A stretch of DNA of 64,000 nucleotides, taken from the NCBI GenBank assembly GCA_964417965.1, contig CAYQJX010000010.1:318-64317 (forward strand), given 5' to 3'. Shown here one piece after another: positions 9,057 to 16,661 of the stretch. A program made the translations under genes and the position numbers. The notes under the pieces were generated by a model. That model saw nothing but the letters and a program-made list of their open reading frames with translations, had not been told where the DNA came from and searched no databases. Within the stretch, counting starts at the first letter, position 1. Each line of letters starts with the position of its first letter. The stretch is from an uncultured Elusimicrobiaceae bacterium (GTDB lineage Bacteria > Elusimicrobiota > Elusimicrobia > Elusimicrobiales > UBA9959).

Positions 9057-9857
9057 CTACCTGGCTTTCAGCACGGAAATGTCTCCCGTTCCGGATTTGG
9101 CCTGCAGCTGGAAAGGCCCTTCGGCGGCGAACTCGTTCTTTATGGAGCCGGTACCGCTCTTCAGGTTGGCGCCTACAGCGGCCCCTGCCGGGAAGGTGAC
9201 GGAGATATCCGCGGTCCCGGTCTTTACCCTGGCGGTGCCGGAAGCCGGCGCCTTCAGCCAGTCCAGAGCTACGCTGCCAGTGCCGGTACCTATTTCCACG
9301 GGCCCGCAGAGCCCCTTCAAGTTCACCTTCACGCTGCCGCCTTTGACGGTCAACTGTTTGGAGCAAAGTTCGCCAAAGATGTCGCCGGTGCCGCTGTCCA
9401 CCTCCACCTTGCCGGCCAGGGCCGACAGGGCCACGGCGCCGGTGCCGCTCTTAACGGAAACCGTGCCGGTTATCCCGGAGACGCCTATCTTGCCGGTACC
9501 GGACTTAGCCTCAAAATCTATCCCGGACGGCGCCGACACTTTAAAGCCTGCGGCGCAATCCACCCATTTCCCGCCGAAGCCGAAGGGCCCCTTCACCTTA
9601 AGTATTTTGCTGCTCTCGGCCTTAAGCAGCAGCTTGCCATCCAGCACCCCCATGGTCAGCACGCAGGTGTCGGGCAGGTTCCCGAAAACCTCCACTTTAA
9701 TATCCCCGGGCGAGCCTGCCACCGTGATCGGCCCGACCTCCGTGTTAGCGGAGATTCCGTTTATGCCCTTGGCGGGAAAAGTTTTAATCTCCAAATCCGC
9801 GCAATAGCCCTGCCCGGCCAAAGCGAGCAGCGCTGAAAACATTATGGTCTTTTTCAT
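9057..9857 (-). CDS. Secreted DUF4097-like beta-strand repeat protein
   Basis: Signal peptide, repeated SGTG motifs and GGAGG RBS; paralog of 4994-5902. Confidence 0.72.
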   Translation of the reverse strand: MKKTIMFSALLALAGQGYCADLEIKTFPAKGINGISANTEVGPITVAGSPGDIKVEVFGNLPDTCVLTMGVLDGKLLLKAESSKILKVKGPFGFGGKWVDCAAGFKVSAPSGIDFEAKSGTGKIGVSGITGTVSVKSGTGAVALSALAGKVEVDSGTGDIFGELCSKQLTVKGGSVKVNLKGLCGPVEIGTGTGSVALDWLKAPASGTARVKTGTADISVTFPAGAAVGANLKSGTGSIKNEFAAEGPFQLQAKSGTGDISVLKAR

Positions 9858-9955
9858 TTTTCCTCCAGGAACCTGTGCCGCTCTTTAGAATACGTAAGGA
9901 CCTGCGCAACGGTTGCGTCAGTAATACTACCTCTTTCAGGTCAGAATCGGGGCCT

Positions 9956-10816
9956 TTACTGCCCCGCCGTGGACGCCGGAAAGCGGCTAGCCTGCAAATA
10001 CTTCATTTCCGCCGCGTATTTGCCGCAAACAGAATTATCAAAGCCTTCCTTGCCGTAAAACCTGAAGCACTCAGAGATGTCGCTGGTAATGCAGCCCGAC
10101 GCAGGTTTGCCGATAGCCTCAAGGTTCGCGCACGCTTCCGACTCCGCCACGAAGCCGGGCTTCTTCGTCCTTTGGTAGGCGTTATTTATCTCCAGCTCCC
10201 GCTTCGCGTCGTCCGTTCTGCCAAGGTTCCAGGCAAGCTGCGCGAGATTGGAGCTTTTATCTTCCGCTTTTATGTTTATGGCGGCATCAAGATCGCCGAG
10301 GGCGTTAACCTTGTCGCCCTTGGCGAAATATGCCTCGCCGCGATCCTCCAGTATCCAGGTTTTAACATTCGGATTTTTGGTTGTTTGAAGTACTTTGGTG
10401 AACAAAGCTATTGCCGCATCGTAGTCCCCGCGCAGAAAACTGCTCATCCCCATACCCTGCCGTCCCGCGTCAGTATCCCAAAGGCCATTCCTGCGCAGGT
10501 TCGCGTCTATAAGGTCGGCAAGGTGCCGCATCTTGCCTTGCTGCACTTTAGTTCTCTCTTCGAGAGACATTCCTTTGAGTTGAGGTTTTTTCTTGCGAAG
10601 ATCCGCCATTAACCGGCGGATTTCGTCCTCGGCGGAGCCGGCATCTTCCCTGAATTTCTTGTCCGTATCTGGGCATTCAGCGCGGTCATCATTGCTCCGG
10701 CCGGCGCTTTTTGTCTGGACCGGTTTCACTTCCGGAGTCTCTCCGGGGCCGGCAAGTGCGGGCCCGGGAACAAGAACAACGGACAAGAGCGCATAAACGA
10801 ATAAACACCATTTCAT
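9956..10816 (-). CDS. Secreted TPR-repeat protein
   Basis: Signal peptide; GDYDAAIALFTKVL...RGEAYFAKGDKVNALGDLDAAI TPR pattern; ATGA overlap with the upstream gene. Confidence 0.7.
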   Translation of the reverse strand: MKWCLFVYALLSVVLVPGPALAGPGETPEVKPVQTKSAGRSNDDRAECPDTDKKFREDAGSAEDEIRRLMADLRKKKPQLKGMSLEERTKVQQGKMRHLADLIDANLRRNGLWDTDAGRQGMGMSSFLRGDYDAAIALFTKVLQTTKNPNVKTWILEDRGEAYFAKGDKVNALGDLDAAINIKAEDKSSNLAQLAWNLGRTDDAKRELEINNAYQRTKKPGFVAESEACANLEAIGKPASGCITSDISECFRFYGKEGFDNSVCGKYAAEMKYLQASRFPASTAGQ

Positions 10817-11589
10817 AAATTCTCCTCACCATTGCTACAGGATACTCCGCCTTGCATGTTCCCGGCACCTCCGGCCGCAACAGCCTCAAGCACGTCTACA
10901 CTGCGGCTGGCGGGGACCAGCAGCAGGCCCAGCTGATCCTTAAGCGCGACGGAGAGCGCCTCGCTGCTACCGCCGGCCCACGCCAGTTCTACGCGGTATA
11001 GTCCGGCCAGACCTGTCTCGTCCAGGACCGGCATGGAGAACTTCCCCTCGAGCGCCCTCGCCAAGCCGTTCATCTTCAGGCCGGCAGAACGGAGATGGCC
11101 CCGCCCGTCGCTGCACGAGCCGCCGGCGATGCCCGGGGAAAGGCCGGGCGTCGCGGCGCCCTTGTCGCGGCGGAGCAGCAGTACCCGCTTTTCTTTCTTG
11201 AGCTGCCGCACTTCCACGCCATATACAGCCTTTACGGCCTGTCGCAGCAGCGGTTTCATAATCTCTTCCGAAGCCTTCGGCACATGCACCAGGAAATCGT
11301 AATTTTTTCCCGGCAGCTCCGGCGCGATTTCTATGTTCCACCCGCTAATATCGTAAGCATGGGAAAGCATGGAGCACAGGTCCAGGCGGGTATACCTGAG
11401 CGTCGCCGTTTTGCTGTTGGAAACGTACACCAGGCCCGTTTGCCCGCTGTCCGCAGAACGGGTAACCTGCACGGTGAGAACCTCCCGGAGAACATCGCTT
11501 ACGTCCCCCTCCGGGCCCGCCGCGGGCTGCGCATTAAGGAAGTCCTTTACGATCTCGGCTGTTTCGCCGGCGCCGGGTTTTATCTTCAT
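10813..11589 (-). CDS. TIGR03435/DUF3738-like protein
   Basis: VLDETGLAGLYRVELAW and ALKDQLGLLLVP...VDVL C-terminal signature; start at 11589 overlaps the GT9 stop (ATGA). Confidence 0.65.
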   Translation of the reverse strand: MKIKPGAGETAEIVKDFLNAQPAAGPEGDVSDVLREVLTVQVTRSADSGQTGLVYVSNSKTATLRYTRLDLCSMLSHAYDISGWNIEIAPELPGKNYDFLVHVPKASEEIMKPLLRQAVKAVYGVEVRQLKKEKRVLLLRRDKGAATPGLSPGIAGGSCSDGRGHLRSAGLKMNGLARALEGKFSMPVLDETGLAGLYRVELAWAGGSSEALSVALKDQLGLLLVPASRSVDVLEAVAAGGAGNMQGGVSCSNGEENL

Positions 11590-12368
11590 TTTTTTATATC
11601 CGTCCGCCCGGCACCAAGGGTCTTCAAAGCCCTGTCCACTATCTCGCCGGCGGCTATGCTGTCCATGCCGCCGGTTCCCTCCGCGGCAGTTATCGCCTGG
11701 TGCTCCGCATACCCGTGCATGGTGGCGGCCGCGGACCCCCAAAGAGAGATAACGGGGGTGCCGGTCATGTGCGCGGCATGCATGAGGAAGTTGTCGGAGG
11801 TGATCAGCAGGTCCATCCGCTTTAGCAGCAGCACCGCCTCCTGGGGAGTGGTCACTCCGGCCAGCGAATAGGCGTATTTAACTTTTTCCGCCCCGCCCTG
11901 CCCGAGCTGCACCACCAGCGCCCCGCTGTCTCCGAGGGCCTTGGCCACCTCTCCCCACTTGCTCCTGGCCATCATCTTGCCCGGAGAAGCACTGTCCGGG
12001 GCGATGGCCACGTTCTTTGCCTGCCACGGGATCATGGAAGCCACCAGGTCGTCCGAAACCCCGTCCATAGGCAGGTACAGGGTTTCCGGCGCGGGCAGTT
12101 CCAGACCGAAGAGTTTAGCCAGACGCTGGAAAGCGCGGGAAGCGCCGCCGGCTTCGGCCCTGTCAACGGTCAGCACCGGCGCGCCCTTAGGCAGATAATC
12201 TATCTTTTCTATGGCCGGGTGGCCGGCCAGCATTCCGGCCGAGGCAGCGCGCCGGATGACGTTATACTTCTTCCCCAGCCTGTCGTGAGCCAGCTTAAGC
12301 ACCCCCGAGAGCAGCAGCGTGCCGCCCAGGCTTTCCGGAGCGTCTATCCATTGTGTCTCAGTTGTCAT
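11586..12368 (-). CDS. Glycosyltransferase family 9 (heptosyltransferase-like)
   Basis: LITSDNFLMHAAHMTGTPVISLWG and LAGVTTPQEAVLLLKRMDL GT9 C-terminal motifs. Confidence 0.75.
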   Translation of the reverse strand: MTTETQWIDAPESLGGTLLLSGVLKLAHDRLGKKYNVIRRAASAGMLAGHPAIEKIDYLPKGAPVLTVDRAEAGGASRAFQRLAKLFGLELPAPETLYLPMDGVSDDLVASMIPWQAKNVAIAPDSASPGKMMARSKWGEVAKALGDSGALVVQLGQGGAEKVKYAYSLAGVTTPQEAVLLLKRMDLLITSDNFLMHAAHMTGTPVISLWGSAAATMHGYAEHQAITAAEGTGGMDSIAAGEIVDRALKTLGAGRTDIKK

Positions 12369-13467
12369 GTTTGGCTCCCCCCTCGTAACGTAAGCCGGTT
12401 ATCGGCTCGAAATACTTTGTCAGGAACAGTTTAGTCGCGGCGCACCAGCCGGTCTTATGGCGCAGGTCACCGTGAAGGGCCAGGGAGTTCATGGGGCACC
12501 CGCCGTGGCAGATGCCCCAGAAACGGCACCCCCCGCACTCACCGGCCTGCAGCACTGCGGAACGCTCCAGCCAGTCCTTGCGCTTCTCCCTGCCGAACAC
12601 CTCGCCGATGGTGGTATCCGCGATGTTGCCGTAATTGACAAGGTTCCAGTCGGCGGAGCAGCTGCAATGCGAAAGCTCGCCCCGCGGGCCGATGTACATG
12701 TGATTATTCCCGCAGCGGCCGCCCCTGGTGCAGAGCAGGCCAGTGTCCTTACTCGTGTAGTAGCCGTAGTATTCGGAGAAGGGACGCACCATGCCGCGCC
12801 AGCCCGGGGTCTTCCACCAAAGCTTGAACATCTCACCCAGGAAATCCGCGTACTCTTCGGCCGTTATCCCGAGATCCCCCTGGTTCCCGCCTTGCACAAG
12901 CACCGGGTTTATCATCAGGTTGTCCGTCAGATTGGTCAGGAATTTCAGCAGTTCCCGCGGAACGGCCAGGGATTTTTTGGTCACCACGTAGATGATGCCC
13001 CACCGCATATCGCTTTCCTCCAGCAGGGACACGCCTTTGAGAAAGAGCTTGTTATAGCTGCCGGAATCCCTGCCGCCGCCGAACCCGCGCACATTATCCA
13101 GCGGGTCATAGCTGGTCCCGACGTTCGTTATGCCCAGGTTGCGCAGCGCGGCCACCAGTTCAGGATTGAGCAGCGTGAGGTTGGATTGTATGAGATTGGA
13201 GATCCTGCTCTTGGTGGAAGGGCAACACTCGGCCTGCAGCCGCGCCGCCTTGTTCAGGTAGTCGGCCCCGAGCATCAGCACTTCCCCGCCGTGCCAGGTC
13301 AGGTTGACATGCTCGGCCGGCCGGGCCTTAAGGTACTCGTCCACGCGGGTGAACACCAGCCTCAGCATGTCCAGAGACATGTCCGGAACGCTTTCTTTAT
13401 GCACCACGTCGCAATAGGCGCAATTGGCGTTGCAGCGCTCGGTAGCTTTGAAAATTATTGTCGGCAT
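12358..13467 (-). CDS. Radical SAM/SPASM maturase (anSME-like branch)
   Basis: CNANCAYC; WHGGE; SPASM cysteines C..C...HCSC...CGGCRFWGICHGGCP...C. Confidence 0.88.
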   Translation of the reverse strand: MPTIIFKATERCNANCAYCDVVHKESVPDMSLDMLRLVFTRVDEYLKARPAEHVNLTWHGGEVLMLGADYLNKAARLQAECCPSTKSRISNLIQSNLTLLNPELVAALRNLGITNVGTSYDPLDNVRGFGGGRDSGSYNKLFLKGVSLLEESDMRWGIIYVVTKKSLAVPRELLKFLTNLTDNLMINPVLVQGGNQGDLGITAEEYADFLGEMFKLWWKTPGWRGMVRPFSEYYGYYTSKDTGLLCTRGGRCGNNHMYIGPRGELSHCSCSADWNLVNYGNIADTTIGEVFGREKRKDWLERSAVLQAGECGGCRFWGICHGGCPMNSLALHGDLRHKTGWCAATKLFLTKYFEPITGLRYEGGAKHDN

Positions 13468-14285
13468 TTGTTGTTAACCTCATCGGCGGCTTCCAGCAGC
13501 GCCGTTATGAACGGCTTCATCCTGCAGGCGTTGGCGTCCTCGCTTTTCCTGAAACCGCACATCCGCCACGCGGGGCAAAGGGCGCAGCCCCCGAAGTTCA
13601 GCAGCGGGGCGCGGCGCTTTTCCCTGGCGGACAGGCTGAGCCCCGCGAAGTCCACAGCCTCCGGCTTATCCAACGTTCCCACAAAGTCACCTTTAGCCAG
13701 GGCGGCGCGGGAAACGGCGATATTACCCGCCTCGTCGCAGTGGAAGAAGGTCCCCTCTTTTTCCAGATAAAGCTCGTTGTAATCCGCCTGCTGGTTCTTG
13801 TACTCGGTATAAGCGTAGAGGAAGGGCTCCACCGAAGTGTGGGCCACTTTACCGCAGGAGTCATAAGCCAGCAGGTCTTCCATGGCGTCCCAGTCGGCGT
13901 TGTCCCCGTCCAGGATCAGCCCCGTCTTCACCATCAGCGAGGACAGCACGCGCGCCGCGGTGATATTTTCCGGAGTGGCCGGGAAATAAAAACGCGCCGC
14001 CGAGCTGCGCAGATTCTCAAGGGCCGGGGCACAGTCCAGAAGGCGCCCGGCGCTTTGCAGGCGGAAAACCAGCGGCAGGTCCAGCCATTCTTTTTTCAGC
14101 TCCACCCCGGCAAGGCTGTCGGCGGAGACCTCTATGCAATGCAGCCTGTCGCGGCTTACGGCCGCGGCTATCCTGCCGATCTCCCCGGCGTCCCCGGTGC
14201 GCACGGCGAGGCGGCGGGCGCCCGTTTTAGCGATGACGGCCCCGCTGAAAGGAACCACAAAGATTTGCTTTGTCGTATCTGTCAT
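13455..14285 (-). CDS. Degenerate radical-SAM-like protein: SPASM-type Cys tail but no CxxxCxxC
   Basis: FHCDEAGNI and CALCPAWRMC near the C-terminus; overlaps both flanking rSAM genes (start reset to ATG 14285). Confidence 0.6.
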   Translation of the reverse strand: MTDTTKQIFVVPFSGAVIAKTGARRLAVRTGDAGEIGRIAAAVSRDRLHCIEVSADSLAGVELKKEWLDLPLVFRLQSAGRLLDCAPALENLRSSAARFYFPATPENITAARVLSSLMVKTGLILDGDNADWDAMEDLLAYDSCGKVAHTSVEPFLYAYTEYKNQQADYNELYLEKEGTFFHCDEAGNIAVSRAALAKGDFVGTLDKPEAVDFAGLSLSAREKRRAPLLNFGGCALCPAWRMCGFRKSEDANACRMKPFITALLEAADEVNNKCRQ

Positions 14286-15283
14286 ATTTTGAAAGCGCGT
14301 ACGCCACCCTCCCGGTCTATCTCGCGCAGCACGTGCGCCGCGCAGCCGCCGTCGCATACCCCTTTTTTTCGCCAGGAGCAGCTGTCGCATTTTTCGTAGA
14401 TGCCGCCGGCTTCCTGCCTGATGTTCTTAGTGAACGTCCTGAAGTATTCCATCATGCCGTTGTAATCGTCGAAGTCGTACACCGATTTGCGGTGCGTGCC
14501 GGACAGCGGGAAGCAAGCCCACGCCATCATGTCCGGACCTATGTCCACGGGACCGCCGCAGGTGAATTTATGAACGCCCTTGGTGGCTTTATACAGCTGC
14601 CCCAGCTTTTCGTCGCTGAAAAGGCACATGGGGAACCCGCAGTCCAGCCCCGGGCAGACGTTCTGCTGGTCGAACACCGGCAGGTGGTTCAGCAGTCTGT
14701 CCACGATCCCCTGGATGTCGGGGATGGAGATGAAGGAATTATTCTCCCGCAGGATCGGGTGCGTAAGCCCCAGCCGTATGGAGCGCTTAAGCCCGTAACG
14801 GTTTATGTACTTGAAAAGGAAATCCAAACTGAAGTCTTTGCGGTAGATGTTAAAACCCGGCGTCACATGCGCCCCGAACTCCTCAAGGAACTCCTCCACC
14901 CGTTTAGTTTCGCTTTCCGGGGAGAAGGCCGGGTCGTTAAGGTTGCAGAGGAAGGAAACTTTCCTGTCGGCCTGCGGAACGGTCTTGTAAACCCGGCGCA
15001 GGTCATTTTTCACCTTCTCGGACATGATGCCGCTGCTGAAGACCGTAACGGAAAAATCCCGCTTAAGCGCGTAGGCCAGGAAGTCGGCGAACTGCGGGTG
15101 CAGCGTCGGCTCGCCCCCGAGGAACCTCATTTCGCGGCAGCCGCCCTGCGCGAACAGATCCGCGAGATAGACCAGGTCTTCCCATTTGATCACGTCGCCG
15201 CCGTCGTTCTCACCCATCTGCTTCTTGGCGAAGCAGTACGGGCAGGAACGGACGCATTTTTGTGTAAGCAGTATGTTTGGCAT
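14282..15283 (-). CDS. Radical SAM/SPASM protein
   Basis: CVRSCPYC; FLGGEPTLH; CGGPVDIGPD...AC and CDSC...CDGGC. Confidence 0.88.
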   Translation of the reverse strand: MPNILLTQKCVRSCPYCFAKKQMGENDGGDVIKWEDLVYLADLFAQGGCREMRFLGGEPTLHPQFADFLAYALKRDFSVTVFSSGIMSEKVKNDLRRVYKTVPQADRKVSFLCNLNDPAFSPESETKRVEEFLEEFGAHVTPGFNIYRKDFSLDFLFKYINRYGLKRSIRLGLTHPILRENNSFISIPDIQGIVDRLLNHLPVFDQQNVCPGLDCGFPMCLFSDEKLGQLYKATKGVHKFTCGGPVDIGPDMMAWACFPLSGTHRKSVYDFDDYNGMMEYFRTFTKNIRQEAGGIYEKCDSCSWRKKGVCDGGCAAHVLREIDREGGVRAFKI

Positions 15284-15321
15284 ATTAGGTTCTTCTTTTC
15301 GGCTTTCTTGCCCCGGGCGTC

Positions 15322-15354
15322 AGCCGCGGCTGCGGTAATTCCGCCGCCGCGGCT
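15322..15354 (-). promoter_or_regulatory. GC stem-loop after precursor 1 (no U tract)
   Basis: AGCCGCGGC-T-GCGG / CCGC-C-GCCGCGGCT arms. Confidence 0.55.
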
Positions 15355-15368
15355 TCCCCAGGCTGCAC

Positions 15369-15668
15369 TTAGTCTTTGTACTGCACGTACTGATCATAAT
15401 AGTAGGTGTTCCCGTTACTATAACCAGCGCCGTTCGTATAGGTCCCGCTCCTGTCGCTGTTTTCCGCCGCAGCCGCCTGCAAACCGGTGACAGCAGAAGC
15501 CACATGTCCTATGGTGCTGAACTTGGGCCCCTGTACTGCGGCCGTAGCCGCATGCGCCGCCGGCACGAAAGCCCCGATGAGCTGAAGACCCATGCCCACC
15601 CCTACCGAAGCTTTCGCCATCCGTTTAAGCGCCTCGCGCCGCGAAACCCTTCCGTCTTTAACTTCCAT
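15369..15668 (-). CDS. Putative RiPP precursor 1: Tat-type signal peptide and Tyr/Asn-rich C-terminal core
   Basis: AAGGAGG RBS; SRREALK twin-Arg motif, h-region and AHA cleavage site; core GTYTNGAGYSNGNTYYYDQYVQYKD; first gene of the rSAM operon. Confidence 0.75.
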   Translation of the reverse strand: MEVKDGRVSRREALKRMAKASVGVGMGLQLIGAFVPAAHAATAAVQGPKFSTIGHVASAVTGLQAAAAENSDRSGTYTNGAGYSNGNTYYYDQYVQYKD

Positions 15669-15722
15669 TTTCTCCTCCTTACTGCCTTTTCGGAAGCCGA
15701 TGCCCCCGATCGCATCTCTCGA

Positions 15723-15738
15723 AGCAATTATAATGCCA
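15723..15738 (-). promoter_or_regulatory. Sigma-54 (-24/-12) promoter of precursor 1
   Basis: TGGCATTATAATTGCT on the minus strand, GG-N10-GC spacing. Confidence 0.8.
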
Positions 15739-15790
15739 CCCCTGAGAAACCGCTTAAAGGGCCCTTCCCCTGGGGTTAGGGACGACGGAT

Positions 15791-15826
15791 ATTCTCATTT
15801 AAGACCGCTTATTTTCATTTGAAAAT
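15791..15826. promoter_or_regulatory. Tandem palindromic activator-binding sites (candidate UAS)
   Basis: ATTCTCATTTAAGACC (15791) and ATTTTCATTTGAAAAT (15811), starts 20 bp apart. Confidence 0.65.
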
Positions 15827-15831
15827 GGCAA

Positions 15832-15851
15832 CCGCCGGGGAAGCCCGGCGG
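15832..15851 (-). terminator. Probable terminator hairpin
   Basis: CCGCCGGG-GAAG-CCCGGCGG downstream of the 15873-16400 gene. Confidence 0.45.
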
Positions 15852-15872
15852 CTGCGATAGCGGGAGGTGTTA

Positions 15873-16400
15873 TTATTTAGCCGCTTCGACCGTAACTTCA
15901 ATGCGGTTCTTCGGTTCGTCCAGGATAAGGGTGCTTTTCCCGAGCAGGAGCCGCGTCGCGGCCTGGAAACTCACGAACGCAACCTGTGCGCCCGCCCCTG
16001 GCACAAGGAGAGGTCCCTGCAGTTCGAACTGGGATTCAAGGATAACACAATTCCTGTCCTGCGGATCCGTTAAAGGCTTGAACCTGGCCTTGCTCATATA
16101 GCGTTTCATGTCGTACTTACGCTTACCGTCGACTTCTCCCAGGTCCACATTGGTCTCCCCGCTGGAGGAGAACTCGGCGTCCGCCCTGTCCACAGCCGTC
16201 AGGCTGCCGGAACTCTTCAGGATCTCCGTACTTATTTTGTAGGTTATCCTGTAATTGTCTACGCCGTACCTTACCATCTGTACCGGCCGATTATCCGCGC
16301 CCTCGCCCATTTTCGGACCCTTCTCGGCGGCATTGCCCTGGCCCGCCAAGGCAAGCGCCATCACGCCGAAAAGCGCGGCCACTATCATTCTTTTACCCAT
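15873..16400 (-). CDS. Secreted hypothetical protein
   Basis: Signal peptide MGKRMIVAALFGVMALALAGQGNA after a GGAG RBS; preceded by a sigma-54-type promoter. Confidence 0.65.
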   Translation of the reverse strand: MGKRMIVAALFGVMALALAGQGNAAEKGPKMGEGADNRPVQMVRYGVDNYRITYKISTEILKSSGSLTAVDRADAEFSSSGETNVDLGEVDGKRKYDMKRYMSKARFKPLTDPQDRNCVILESQFELQGPLLVPGAGAQVAFVSFQAATRLLLGKSTLILDEPKNRIEVTVEAAK

Positions 16401-16464
16401 TTTCTTGTCCTCCCGTTTATCAGACCTGACTTTGAAAACAATTTTAACGCTTTGCAAAAGGGGG

Positions 16465-16480
16465 AGCATTTTCCATGCCA
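16465..16480 (-). promoter_or_regulatory. Sigma-54-type promoter
   Basis: TGGCATGGAAAATGCT on the minus strand (GG-N10-GC). Confidence 0.6.
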
Positions 16481-16509
16481 GCAGGATAGCCCGGCAATGC
16501 TATTTCCAT

Positions 16510-16594
16510 ATGGAAATAAAAAAAGCGGGCTTACTGCCCGCTTTCGTGGTTTCTGGGTAGCTCCGGGGGGTCAGGCCCAGGGCGGTTCTTTGCC
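16510..16594 (-). repeat. Imperfect direct repeat, copy A: kinase 3' end plus terminator
   Basis: Aligns with 22141-22221; includes the hairpin AAAGCGGGC-TTACT-GCCCGCTTT. Confidence 0.8.
16571..16594 (-). pseudogene. Orphan 3' remnant of a hybrid kinase gene (GKEPPWA-stop)
   Basis: 24 bp identical to 22198-22221; no kinase ORF upstream of it. Confidence 0.7.
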
Positions 16595-16661
16595 CGCGCC
16601 TTTGTGCCCGGTGAAGTCACCAACCTGCATGATATTTACGGGCTTGCGGCCCGTCAGTGCC

